Source: the human T2T-CHM13v2.0 reference genome, Homo sapiens | DNA length: 64,000 bases | Assembly (NCBI RefSeq): GCF_009914755.1 | Contig: NC_060929.1 | Strand: one strand, 5' to 3' | Part shown: piece after piece, positions 13,590-27,481 of the stretch | Position numbering within the stretch: position 1 is the first letter of the stretch | How the letters are laid out: every line of letters begins with the position of its first letter | Notes under the pieces: generated by a model | Database searches by the model: none | What the model saw: the letters and a program-made list of their open reading frames with translations, nothing else | What the model was told of the DNA's origin: nothing | Translations under genes and position numbers: made by a program

Positions 13590-14160
13590 GTCTTGAGAGG
13601 CTTGTAACAGACAGTGTCCAAATCGGTTTAATCCCTTTAAGGTGAATTTGGCAACATGCACCAAAAGCTTTAAAAATAAGCTTTGACTTAGCAATTATGC
13701 TACTGAGAATTTAAACTGAAAAAATAGGCAGGCAGGTGCACAAAACACTGTGTGGATGCATATCACCATATTTTTTTTTTATCACAGTCAAACAATGAAA
13801 AAACTTTGTATTTAATAATAGGAGTTTGGTTAAATAAATAATGATATATCCATATAGCAAATTATGCATAGGGGATGTAGAGACCTACTAATGATCACAA
13901 AAAGATATTTGCTATGTATTTTAAGTAAAAACAAAAATATATGTAAGTATGTGTGTGTGTATTTATTTATAGTGCAGACCTGATTTTATCTAGCTAGCCA
14001 TTTCTATTAAAAAATATTTGGAAGGAGGGATGTCAAAATCTTAAATTAACGAACACTCTCTTTTCACTTTTAATGTATTATTGTTTTATTTTTTACCATG
14101 AGCATATGTTTTATCATAAACAAAAGTAAATCAATAATAAAGCCATTTTCATCTTGAACA
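13590..14160 (+). mobile_element. Ancient L1ME-like fragment
   Basis: AT-rich, degenerate L1 3' motifs (aatttggcaac...ctttgacttagcaatt; ggttaaataaataatgatatatccata). Confidence 0.55.
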
Positions 14161-16405
14161 AAACAAAGAGAACCTATTTGGGGCAGCAGACACCACCCCT
14201 GACTGTGGCCCCTTTGCCAACAGCCTACTCATAGACAGGGTAGAGATGGCATGAAGAGGTCCTCTGAGGAGCTCACACAGCCCCTGTGTCTGACCTCCAG
14301 TGTCCCTGCTGTTGGGCACAGTGATTCAAGGAGGCCTCACTTTTGGCTTCAGTTTGCAGGGCTGTAGGGATGGGCTTTTCAGCACGGCAGTTTCATTTGA
14401 TCCTGTCTTTAAGGCTTTGACCTTTGAGGAGCCAATAGTCAGGCCTCCAGGGATGGGCTGGACACTGAGGAGGAGCAACAGGAAGGGAGGGGTCCTGGGG
14501 TGCAGCCAGACCAGGCTTCTGGGAGGGGGGTGCAAAAAAGAAGGGTAGGGGCGATGATGTCCAATTTTGTTCACTTTTTGATGCTGTCAGGCAATGAAGC
14601 TGTCTGTATCTTTAATCTTGTCAGGGGACAGGAAAGATCTTTTTAATGATTTTTGAGCCATTTCAAAAGCTAGAGTGAAAAATAAAAGCTAATACCCTTT
14701 GTAGATGAAAACACTGGGATTGTTGAAAGTCTGTTAAAATTTTTCAAAGCAACCCTCTGATAGTTATTTTTCCAGAACAACAGAGCTGTTAGGTGTCTTT
14801 TAGGATTTGAGCAGCAGTGTGGGGTAAATCATGGCGACCAGGTCATGCTTTCAGTTGGAGTGTGGTCTCCTCACTGACTTGTATGTCTCCCGTCCTGATG
14901 ACAGAGCAAACCTCACCGCTTCCGGAAAAATCCAGGTCTAGCTTGGGGAAGTGGCTCAGGCAACTAGAGATTCAGTGAATAATTCAGGGGAAAAACTTTT
15001 GCAGGAAAAATAAAATTGTTTTTGTTTTAACTACAATTTTTTTCAGGGCTTTTGCACAAACTCCAGCCCTTTTTTTGTGACCACAGCTCCCTGTTATCCA
15101 GGAGTCACTAGAAACTCAGCGGGTATTGTAAAAAACCTGAAAGCTACAATCATTTTGTTTCACACTGTGTGTGCATATGTCTATCTATTTATGAATATGC
15201 TTGTCCACTCCACCATCTCTTTTGTAAGGAGGTGAGTGAAACAGCACATAAACAAATCACCCCATGTTTCTGCCTAGGGTAGTGAGCACTGGCTTGATTC
15301 AGAAATTGGGCTGGAATCCCAGTTCTGTCTTCAGACTTGCTGTTTGACCTTGAGCAGTTTATCTAACACCTCTAGGCCTTGGTCTCCTCTTATATAAAAT
15401 GAGAATAACACAGTCTCTTTCACGGCATTGTAGGGCCAAGCAATAATGTCCCTAAGGTGTCTCACCCTGTGCTTTGATCATACTAGTGACCGAAAAGCTG
15501 TTAATATGATTTTGTAAACACAGACATCCTAGAGGGCAGATGGTCTCCTTCCCCTAGTATCTGCCGCTGCGTGTAGTTCACTGCTTTGGACACAAGTGCA
15601 TTTATTGCCTGTTTATTGAAGGGCTGGTTGATTAGACGATTAAGGAGCAACCCTGCTGAATTGAGTAGATCTGGAACATAAACTCTTCACTGCCAAGGGC
15701 TCTGGGACTGAGAAGGTAAAGGCAGTGAGAACTTTTCATTAGTTCAGTGAGGATTCAGTGGGGGAGGTGTAAACCCCTGTTCTGCATATGGGCCAATCAG
15801 CCCTACCTACCAAGCAGGAAAATTGTCCTTGGGTGTGTCTGATTGTGAACAAGTAGGAAAGACCTAGCCTGCTACCAACATACTTCTGCTAACAGTAAGG
15901 CTTGCACATCTGTTTTCTAAAAAGGAAAGAAAAATTGCGTGCCCATTCACAGCAAAGCCATGAAGAGGATACAATAAAGGCTGCACAGTCAGAAAGGCCT
16001 AGGTTCAAATCTTGACTCTGCCACTTTTCAGCAGAGCAACTTTGGGCAAATTGATCTCTTGAAGCCTTCATTCCCCCGCTGTAAAATAGAAATAATAGAA
16101 GTTCTTCCAGCTTGGAGTTGCCATGAATATTAGCGACAAGCCACCTGATGTAGTGTCTGGAACAAAGGAACAAATAATGGTACCGACTGGCATCATGATG
16201 ATAGTCCAATTTACTCTAATTCACTTGTACTTACTATGTCAGAAATTAGCATCAGATTTTTTCTAGTAACATTATAAGGTTACTCTTGCTACTCTGCTGT
16301 GGTCTTGACAAGAATAACCCTCAAGGTAATGCCCCATAAAACGAATTCAGCTCCCATTTCTTGTCCACTGGACTGACTTGCAGGGCTTCCCAGAAGAGTG
16401 ATTAC

Positions 16406-16580
16406 CTTGGGAATGAAGGCCCCGCTCCATGACTCCATGCTTGACTTTCATGTGGCGTGTCAGGTTCCCCTTCAGGGTGAATTTGCTTGGGCAATAGAGG
16501 CACTTGAAGGGTTTGCTGTCTGAGTGCAGGTGCATGTGGCCCATCAGGTTGTGCATCCGGTTGAATTCCTTCCCACAAAG
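16406..16580 (-). CDS. ZNF366: ZNF366 coding exon: rest of finger 10 and finger 11
   Basis: tcttcaacag|CTT TGT GGG (LCGKEFNRMHNLMGHMHLH...CLYC...HMKVKH...HSQ) CAA G|GTAATC. 175 nt, phase 0-1. Confidence 0.97.
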
Positions 16581-16929
16581 CTGTTGAAGATGGGGATGAG
16601 AACACAGGTTACTCTGCCCGAGTGAAGCCCCATCCAGGCCCCTGGAGCACAGATACCATTTCTACTTTGTTTGGACATTGACATTTTAATCTGCTTGCAA
16701 GGAAAATGTCCATAAGGAAATCAGGAAGGAGCCTCAGAGGTGGAGCAAGTAGGGGTAGATTCATGAGATTTGTTCCTGGATTTCAGAGATCTTTAAATTC
16801 AAAGTAAAAATATCAAAGCTTGTAAAGCTTCTTTTGAATAAAAGCTTTTGAAAAGGAGAAGAGCTGATCTAAAAAGCAGTGGCTACAAGTGTTCCTCCTT
16901 TAATAATAAGAATGTGATTATGTGTTTAA

Positions 16930-17170
16930 TATTTATGCAGCATTTGCAATATGGAAGGCATTGTTCTAAGTCTACCATGGAATATCTTATTTAATTCTCA
17001 CACCAATCATATGAGATGGTTGCTATTACCACCCCCATTTTACAGACGCACAATCTGAGGACTTACGTCACTTGGCCGAGGCATACAAGTAGTGGGTGCT
17101 GAAGCTGGGTTAATGAACTCAGGCCATCAGATGCCAGAGAACACATGGTCAACCACCAGACCATACTGTG
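16930..17170 (-). mobile_element. MIR
   Basis: cccattttacagacgcacaatctgagg...gaactcaggcc. Confidence 0.7.
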
Positions 17171-17218
17171 CGTCTCCCAACACAACTCTTCTGTATCAGG
17201 CAGAAGAGAATAAAAGAG

Positions 17219-17280
17219 TACACTGTATTCTTATATACAATGTATTATTATAATACACTGTATTATTGTATACAATGTAT
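17219..17280. repeat. Short AT-rich tandem duplication with palindromic junction
   Basis: tacactgtattcttatatacaatgtat / tacactgtattattgtatacaatgtat; central tgtattat-t-ataataca inverted repeat. Confidence 0.7.
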
Positions 17281-18376
17281 CAGACAATGCTTTTTAAGTT
17301 GCTTTATTTTCTAATTACTGGCATGGATTTCAAAGATAAAAAAATGAAAAATCATCTAAGGAAGGAGTGTGTCTTTTCTCTGGGTAGAAATTTGAAGTAG
17401 TGAGAGTAGTATCTCAGGTGGTGTACAGGAAGTAAGCATGTTTTATACTCTTTCTTTCTTTCTCGTCATTCTCTCTATTTCAATCAAAGTGCAAATACAT
17501 GAAGGACAACTGGTTCTCCAACTGCTTTTGGAAGAGGGGCAGAACTTTCTTCTCACAGGTGATTTTGTATATGCAGAAAGTGCAACCCAGAAGCAGACTT
17601 CTCTGGGGGTGCTTTTGTTGTCCCCAAGCCTTACTAGAACAGGACAATTTCAGCCCTTCCTTGGCTGTGGCAGGAGGAATGCAAACAGTGATTTTGTGTC
17701 TGTGATTGGACAAGAATGTTAAGGGAGGAGAATTCTCCTTCCCTCCCCAACCTCAGAGGCCAGTGGAGCTGGGGCTGCACTATGTAGTGAGAGAGGCCAC
17801 AGAGACACTCAGGGTGAGGCATCCTCTGAGGCTTACACCAGTTTTCCTTTCTCACTGAGATATATTTTTAGGGCCAATGCTGGGGATTCTGGACTAATTT
17901 TTATTAATGAAGGCAATAATTTCATTAGTTGGCTATGGGAGATGAGTGTTGAGCTCGTCTTGAAAGAGTAGATAGACCTCTCAAATGATGATTTGGGGAG
18001 TTTAGCGTAGAAGAATGCTGGGTCCATGTATGGATAATAAATGGCTGGTTCTGTATTCTTGAATGATTCATGTTTGAGAATTGTAAGTACTTTCCTCACT
18101 TTTGCTCTCTCTTACTAGCATGAATGAATTTGGCCTACAGGGTGGGGTTCCAAGCTCAGCATCCAGACAGAGCACCTGCACACCACATTCATTTGAAAAT
18201 GGTGACCTAAGAGGGGAAAAGGATGACAGAATTGGTCTAATTCCAACTTTCTCAAGAAAAGCAATATGTAAGATAGATGACTCTTTTATTCTCAATTGAG
18301 ATAATTTATTAAGATGTATCAATCTGTGGCTCAGCATGCACATGTATAAAAGTTCTATTAGAGTTGTATTTATTAG

Positions 18377-18793
<417 letters not shown>

Positions 18794-21700
18794 TGATTCC
18801 TGGTTATTTGGAGTGAAGCTGCTGTTACAATTGCTGAGTATAACCAGTATTTGGTTCAGATATGTTCTCACTCAGGAGACTGCAACATGCATTAAAGCTT
18901 TGCCTGCTTTTTTATTTATTATCTGCCTAGTATTGGCGTGACACATCATAGTTCCTCAGTAAGCATCTGCTGAGTGAGGAAAGGGGTGGGAAACATAGCC
19001 ACGGAAGAATTGATCAAAGGAAAAGCCATGAGTGCTTAAGGACAAGGCATGTAGTGGGAGAGAAGCTGAAGGCCAGAAGATCAATTAGGCTACTGCACTA
19101 GTCCAGGCATGAACGGGGTCTGGTGGTCCTATAGGCCAGAAAGAGGTCATTGAAAAGAAGTGACAAGCACCTTCTGCACTTGGCTCGCATGATGAGAGAA
19201 ATTCTTTCAGTTATTATCTGTGGTTGCTGAAGCCTTAGAAACTGAACTGGTCTGAGAAGGTTTTGGAAAGGGGATGGAATTTTAGCCTAACTGTGAAAAA
19301 TGTGTAGAGTGCAGTTTGTTGTATACAAAGATAAAGTCTCTTCATAAGATATTTTCAGACACTTCAGTCAACCTTATACCTCAAGTAAGGTAACTACTAT
19401 TGTGACAATGATCAAATTCTTGTTGCTGCCACACCTTCTGGGACCTTGGGGTACTGTAGACCTTGCAATTCACCTGCCCCAAGGTCCCATCTATTTCCCT
19501 TCCCCAACTCCATGCACAGGGGTGAGCGCCTGGTAAAATGGTGTCTGGGCTCTAAACAGCATCCCAGGGAGTCTCCAATGAGCTGACTTCCTTTTCTTTG
19601 CAGCCAACTCAGTATCAAGCACAGGACTACACATATGGTACACTTCTGAATGCCTAAGTCTTTGGTTGGGGAAATAAACAAGTCAGAGAAATATCATTAC
19701 TTCATGCAAAATTCTAAAAAGCAGCCATCACCAGCTCTCATCCTTTTCCCACAAAACCTATTAGTTTTCAAACTAAACTCCTCAGTGGCAGAAGGATAGA
19801 GCCAATTAACACAGGACCTGAGATACTCGGGCTCCATTCACACCTGGGCGGTAGGTACTTAGCTTCTTCCTCTCAGCCTCTGACCTTCCACCAAGCCTTT
19901 AGGTTCTTATCCAGAACACTTGGCCTTCTCATCTTTCACAGAAGATTGTCCTCATCTGAAAACACCCAAGTGTATGGAGATATTTTATGTCTGTGAAACT
20001 CAAGAGAGAAACCTCTCACACACTGTTAGTAAAGAGAGGCCAGAGAAAGAGGATGGGGCCAGTGAATCACGGTGCTCTTGGGTGGAGCCTGAGATGTGAG
20101 CCCCACGCAGAATTGTCACAGTAGGGGATGGGAGTTAGACGAGAGGGAGGAGGAATGGATGGGAAGGACCACCAAATCTCTAGGTTCTTCTCCAGAGAAA
20201 AGCAGCCATTGAAGTCAAGGTCTCCTTAAATCATGTGATGTGAAGCTAAGAGTGTGCCCAAGCAGGACCTGCTGAATCATCTCTGCCAAGGTCTGTGGAG
20301 ATGAAAATAGGAGTGGATGTTGGTTCAGGAAGCCGCTGGAGTGGTGAGGACTCTGATCTCATTGCGCAGGTGCGCATCTCCACCAGCGTGCCCCCGCTTG
20401 ACCTCTCGGTCACTCCAAGGAGCACCGTCAGTGTGTCTTGACATGAAATCTCAGCTTCTCCATCCACCCGCTTTTTAAGATGGAGGTAGACTTCAAAATT
20501 TAATAAAAAATGGAAAAAAATATTTTAAAGTGCCCTTTAAACGTGGGTTGCATGGGTTATTAGGCTTTGAGATGTCAGAGTAGAGAGAGGAGGTGTAGAC
20601 ACAGAAGGACAGAGAGCTTGCTCCATTTTCTCTTCTGTATAATGTTGATAATAGTCATTGTTTCCTATGAAGGTTGTTGTGAGGATCAAGTGAGATAATT
20701 CACAAGAAGGACTTGGCAAATAGTAAGAGCTCAATAAATATTAGCTCTTTTTACTATCATTATGGTGTATATAGTAGATTCTTTTATATTCCAGAAATGG
20801 AAAGCTCTTTGAAGATGAGGGGAATATTAAAGGAAGAGCCAAATGAGGAATCTGCTTAGTAAATATACCCACCAGGCTACTTGGAGTGTAGTAGAAATGC
20901 AAGCGGTTGTGCCTGCCCCAGGTCTAGGAAATGAGGATGGAAAAAGAGGCTTCATCCAAGGTTCAGGGCTGGGAGAGGGCCGAGTTATTTGGCTCCCCCA
21001 TCCTTAGTCTGCCCTTTGAACAGCTGACGGATGCCTGTGTGCTCCGGGCCTCCTCGTCCCGGCCTCCTGGCACCCTTCTCCTCCCTGGTCCAGGGCCTGG
21101 AGGCACCTCAGGCACTTGCCATGAACCCCAGTGGCCATGCTGACAGCCATGGAGAAGTCGGCTGTGGCCAGAGACAGGGTGATAGCAGTGGGCAGCCACT
21201 GGGCTGGGGCCAGAAGCAGCACACCGCCTTGCCCCAGCCAGCCTCGTGTGAGCTTTAGAAATGAGATGCACCAGGAAGCCTGTGTTTTCCTATTCAGAGA
21301 GAAGAGGTCAGAGAGCTGTGGCCTGCAGCTGAGGAGAATGGCCTCCGTGAAACTGCCCTTCCCGCACATTCTTCTCCCTCTCTCTCTTTTAATAAGAAGG
21401 GTGTTCCTTTCCTCAAAGGGAGAGAGAGGGAGGGAGGGAGAGAGAGACTGTAAACTGTCCAAAAGGACCGTGAGAAAACAGGAAGCTTTGAAAAGTACAA
21501 GAGAAAGCAAGATGAAATCTATTTGCAGGCGGTCCCCTGGGGACATGTGAGGCATTGTTAAGCAGGCAGTTCATACGGCTATATCCTTCCTTCTGCTGAG
21601 GAGGGCTTTGCTGCCAAAAGGCTGCTATCTGGTCACTGCCTTAACCCCCTCCATGCCAGCCTGAAAACTCTGACCCCAAACACTGGGCCCCTCAAAGCCC

Positions 21701-24059
21701 CCCATCTGGTTTCTTCCTTCCTGGAGCGTCAAAGAAAGTGAGGGGAAAATGGAGCCAGTTTGACAACAGTGGTGGAACCCCTCTGCAGGGAGATCTCATC
21801 CCTATTCTGACAGCTCTGCCCTCTGGCCTTCAGCCTTCTGCTACAGACAAGGTTTCAGATGACCTGGTGATTCATAACTTAGGCAGCTGCCGGCTTCACC
21901 CATCTCAAAAGAGAATTTGTCCCGGAAATTCTGGATGGCTGTTTTTCCTGGACAGGTTTCCCAAAGACGGCAGCTGGTTCTTTGCTGTTATGGAGTTTGG
22001 CCACTACAAGGATAGGCTCCAAATCAACCCCTGTGTGCTTACCCAGAATCTGGGAAGCATATTTCTGAAAAGTGGCTTAAGTCTACAGGCGCAGATCTCT
22101 GGAAAAACTCCAGCTGGCTCCAAGAAGCACGAGTCCAAAAGTCCAGCCAACAGCAAAAGAGCCGAGAAGGGCAGTAACTTTTTTATAAGGAAAAAAAGAA
22201 AAGAAACATGGAATGGAAACCTTTCCTCTCCTCTAATTTTCCATCCTATTGTTAATGCCTAATCCCACAGTGAGTGAACATTTCTGCGTGCTAGGGACAG
22301 CTGTTTCCACTGAGCACTGGGCTGGAGAAGATCAGTTCATATTGAGACAGGAGGAAGGATGCATGTTAAGAAGGAATTTTAATGGTGAGAATCCCCCAAA
22401 ATTAGACTCTGTTACTAAAAGCCTCTTCCTTGCTGTGAGTTTTTGGGTAAAGGAGAGAGAACGAAGACTGCCTCTTCTGCCCAGCCACGTCAATCACAAG
22501 ACATGAAGTGGATGGCTCTTCCCTGTTATGGCAACAAAACACAAGTTCAGTTGCCTGGCTTGTACTCCAACACCACGGAGCAGCCAGCCAGCCATGTCTC
22601 TCAGATGGCTGTGAACTGCATTGCAATGGGCAAATGGCCCTCCATCCCTCTGTCAACTCCCAAATCCCCAACAACCTTCAACCAAGGCCAAATTTCCAAG
22701 AATCTAGCACAGCATAGTTGGGAAGCAAGAACCACAGGACAGCATCTTGAGATGGCTCACGCCACCATGTGACCTGGAGCTAGTTTACAAATGCAAAGAG
22801 CCTTGTGACATAATCTGTAAACCCAGACATGCTCTGCAAGTCTGTTGAAATGAAGAAGGGCAATGGTACAAAGAGGGCACCCAGCAGGGTGACACTGATG
22901 GGAGATGGGGACAGGGAGAGGAAGACCCTGACTGTATGCTTTGAGCACTGTCTCAGAGACAGAGGGCTGTGAGTCAAGGTGGCTGACACTCATTCTTGTT
23001 TCACAAATGGCTAAGAATGGAGAAGGCCCACCTTCTCCATTGCTTCACAAGAACGCCCTTTCACATCCAATTCTTTTTGTCTGATGATAGATGACACTCT
23101 CTAGGGAGCCTCCTGACCTCTAGTGAGGTCTCCTGAGAGGACTTACCAACAGGAAGAAGCAACCTTTGCAAATGACCAGTCCAATTCCTGTGCCAGGCCC
23201 ATCTCTCCCATTGTAAAATATAAGCTGTGCATTGTTTCAAAGCTGGCATTCTACTTTATAAACCACTCTCTTATGGGTTGTGATGGTGTGGACCAGACAT
23301 GGAGCCTCATCTAACCTCAAGAAATGGGTAAAATAGTTTCTGAACTGTAAAGCTGAGCATCCAACATCTTTTGGACCATGTACATGCACCATCATTGGAG
23401 TGGAGCAGGAAGGAGCCATCGTTCATGAAAGGAGGCCCTGAACATCAAGCTGGGATTGCTCATTGCATCAAAGGCCCAGGTTCCATAGCACCTTGCAGTT
23501 TCTTGTGCACTAATACTAGAGAGAACCCTCTAGATCCTCAGATACTACCTGGTCCAAGAAGTCCTCCAAGCCCCTGAGGGTAGAGAAGCAGAAATGCCTT
23601 TGTACCCTCAAACCACACACAACCTACACTGGCTTTGCCCCCTGACCTAACCCTATATTTCAGGAACGTTTTCTGCCTGGTTTTACCACTGCTACTGGAC
23701 CAGAATTGATGAGGTGGAGGTAGGAGATGGCTGAACTTGACAGATGTGAATTTTCAGGGGATTATAAACTATGTTAATGGCTCTCTTCATATTTTAGCAA
23801 CTTGACTCCACCACTATCAGTTGATAAGATTAAAAATTCAGTTAATGCTTGAAGCCCAAGAGTAAACTCAACACAAGGAATGAAGAATGGCAAAGAGACC
23901 TGCTTGAACCTCCATTGTAGGAGACAGTAAACCCTTTGCAAGAAGAAACAGCTCTGTGAAATGTGAAGTGCTCTGGGGGCTCAGTGAAGTGGGAAGGAAA
24001 TGAAAGAAGTCCCTAAAGAGAGAGAGAAGAGGAGGCCGTGGAGTCCATCGCTGCATGCA

Positions 24060-24228
24060 GCCAAGGCCTCACTTCATGGGCATACAACACAAGGTCCCAT
24101 AGTCAGAAAGCTCCTGAGTTTGGCTTAATGCTCTGCTTCCATCATCTTTAACTCCTGGTAATGTTTGAACAAGGAGCCTTGCATTTCCATTTTGCATTGA
24201 GTCCTGAAAAATATGTGGCCTGTGCTGC
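24060..24228. mobile_element. MER91-like DNA transposon relic
   Basis: tttgaacaaggagccttgcatttccattttgcattgagtcctgaaaaatatgtggcc. Confidence 0.6.
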
Positions 24229-25569
24229 ATGAAGCTGACTCTCGCTTTAGACGGATGTAAATTGACTTTCGAACCACTGGGAATATGAAGAAAAGGAGGG
24301 GAAACAGAAGTGGGTGGCAGGAAAAGGGCTGGAGGGAGAAGCCTCCCTCTCCCACCTCTGGACAATGCCCACACAGGTCTAGGGAAGCTCTGGTGTCTGA
24401 CCCCTCACCCCTTCCAAGAGTTGCCAACACAGGAAAGAAGTCAGCTTCACAGGGGATTCCTTCAAGTGGGGCCACACTGCAGAGGTATTAAAGCAGGAAC
24501 AGTCCCTGGAAACAGGGAACCCCACTTCAGGAATATAGATCAGCAGAGTATCATTTGAACCCGATTAGGTACCCAGTAGCAGAGAGAAAAAACCTCCATT
24601 TCAAACAGAAGGGCTGTAACGATATCTGAATGTGGTAATTTCCCTCTTCTTCCCCCTCAGCCTTCTTCATGACCGGATGACACTTGGCCAGTACATCACT
24701 CGGATTAAACCCAGTCACGGCCAATGCTCTCTCCTCATTTTAGAAGTAGAGAGAGGAAACACTCTTGTGGGGTGGGGACAGCCTCGGGGAGCCGGAGCAT
24801 TTCTGAGTAATGCCCGTCAGCGCCTTGGGTTTTACAAATCTCCAGCTCACACGTTTTCTCGGCTGATGAAATACAAACCCAACCAAATTAGTCTAACAGA
24901 TATTTTAACAAAGATGCTCCATCCCTGTGCTACATGGCACTTAGCAATAGGTGAAAGGCACTTGAAGTGACTGTGCTCGCAGTTATTCCACAGCCCCAGC
25001 AAGCATTTCTGAGGGCCTCTGAGGGGCTAGCTTTGGAATCCCTCTCACCGTCTCTAGGAGGCCTGCCCTCAAACTAAACATATGGCTCAGCCCAAGTGTC
25101 AAGAGGCAAGGAGAGGAGAGGAGGTGGCGGTGGGTGGGGGGGAAGCTGTGCTAGAAGCTTCTCTGACTCTTTTCTATGTCCTGCTCATTGCCTTGTAAGG
25201 AGAAGAAGGCTAAACTTGCTTTCTCCTCTCTAGAACAAAGGCTCTCCACATTACTTGCATCCTTTAACAGCCTCCTTCTCCAAAAGGGCCTTCCACCCTC
25301 AGACCTTTCCCTAGTGCCTGGCTCTACCCCTGGGCATGGATGCCACAGTGAGACAAATAGGGCAGGCTCCTTAGGGACCTCCAGCCTGGCATGATGTAAG
25401 TGGGGCGTGCAGAGAGGGATAGAGTGGCAGATGGGACCTGGGGTTGGCCACGGACCTACTCTGAGCCCCCGTAGCCCCACTGATGAAACAGAGTAGAAGG
25501 CTCCCTGGGGACCCTTTCCCATCAGGCATTTGCACAACCCTCTGGTTCCTCTCTAGTCCCACTGCCCAC

Positions 25570-25761
25570 CTTGCATTTGAAAGGCTTCACGTCAGAGTGG
25601 ACGATCATGTGTGCCTTGAGGGTCTGCTTCTGCACGAAGCTCTTGTAGCAGAGGTGACACTGGTAGGCGCGGATGTTGGTGTGGATCAGCACGTGTCGCT
25701 TCATGTTGGCCAGCAGGGTGAACTCCCGCCCACAAATCCCACACTTATGCTCCTTCACACC
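25570..25761 (-). CDS. ZNF366: ZNF366 coding exon, aa 445-508: fingers 8-9 and start of finger 10
   Basis: ctgcag|GGT GTG AAG (GVKEHKCGICGREF...KPFKCK) AAG|GTGGGC. 192 nt, phase 0-0. Confidence 0.97.
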
Positions 25762-27178
25762 CTGCAGGGAGGCAAGATTCAGAAAAGTGGTGATTGACAG
25801 GTAACATGCTTTCATCAGGATCATAGGCTTCATTTTCCTCTCTGCCACATAAATCCACAAAGAGCTTGGTGATAGATGTTGAGTTTCAAATGGTGTAGCT
25901 TCAGCCTTGTTAAATTACTATTTTCTTGAAAAGTGTTGATTATATAACCTTTTTTTTCCTTCTGAAAACCATAAACTAGCCAGACTATTAGAGGAAAAGA
26001 AAGCTCTTGCTTTTGTTGTTCCAGCTGCTGCTGGGGTTAAGTCTCCAGTGATAGTTCTTGAGGATTAACAGGCTTTTAGTAAGAGCACTATGGGCTGCTA
26101 TGCAATATGAGTCCATAATCCAGCTTTCATGATAATGAAAAAAAAATCTTCCAAAATGATATTATCATTTCCCTTATGGAAACCAATGTTCTCTTGGGTT
26201 CTCATTAATGGACTTGAAAATCCCAGAACAACTTATATCCACACTGCAGTAAATTACAACTTAAATTACAACTTGATAATCACCCTCTCAAGTTGGTCCC
26301 CTGGGTTCCCACAGGCCACACTGACCTCCACAATGACATGGTTATGGAGCCTTCCCTAAGCCAGCTCCTTCTTATAAAGAAATTTGGCAAGAGGTAGCTT
26401 TCTGAATTAAGGAACAGGACAGGAGGCTTTCTTGTTTCCTTGCTGTGCATGAAGGTGTGTTTGAACCAAGGCCCCTAATTGAGAGCATTTCCAGGGACTC
26501 ACAGCTTGAGCCGGGCATTCACTAATCCTGACTATCCATTGCTTCCCCACAAAGGCCTTTGCAAGAGGTCTTGACCCTGAATGACTTTTGGGAAGAAAAG
26601 TTTAGAGAACCAGGGCACTAAACTGAAGGTTATCATAGGATTAGAACAAGTTACTTAGTTAACAACTGTACCTGATGAAATCCATATTGCCTGGTATTCA
26701 TAGTGGCTGAAGGAGGGAAGGAGGGATTCCAAGCTCATCTCTGACTCTCTCTGTCTATGTTTCCATTTCTTTACTTTGAGGCATGGTAAGAAAGAACCAC
26801 TCTGCAGTTCTGGTGGGCCCATGGTACTAAATGGTGGATTCAGGTCTCTGCCCAGCTGTTTACTGGCTGTAAAACCTTAGATGAGTCGTGTGGCCTTTTT
26901 TAGTGAAGGCTTCTCATCACAAGATGAAGTGGTGGGTCATGAGAACCCTGGGGTTCTTTCTAACTCAAGCACTGTCTAGTCCAGATGATGGTACATGAGT
27001 ATGCATTTATGTTAATAAGGAGACCTAGAAATCAACCTCCTTTAGAAATTAAATTTTGATTCTGCCTATGGAGATGAATCTTTAAAATGTAGTGCATATT
27101 CAAACACTGAGTTTAAGATTATAAAATTAATGAAAAACATTTTCTTAATGGATTTTAAATTTTATTTTAGCATCTTTC

Positions 27179-27481
27179 TTTTTTTTTTTTTTTTTTTTTT
27201 GAGACGGAATCTCACTCTGTTGCCCAGGCTGGAGTGCAGTGGCGTGGTCTCGGCTCACTGCAAGCTCCGCCTCCTGGGTTCACGCCATTCTCCTGCCTCA
27301 GCCTTCCGAGTAGCTAGAACTACAGGTACCCGCCACCATGCCCGGCTAATTTTTTGTATTTTTAGTAGAGACGGGGTTTCACCGTGTTAGCCAGGATGGT
27401 CTCGATCTCCTGACCTTGTGATCCGCCCGTCTTGGCCTCCCAAAGTGCTGGGATTACAGGCGTGAGCCACCGCGCCCGGCC
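27179..27481 (-). mobile_element. AluY in intron 2
   Basis: AluY diagnostics (gcaagctccgcc, ttcacgccattctcc, accgtgttagccaggatgg); TSD agcatctttctt on both sides. Confidence 0.95.

Noticed and set aside
21004-22262. Overlapping 100-183 aa ORFs on both strands in intron 3
   Set aside because: Low-complexity, GC/purine-biased translations with no homology that I recognise.
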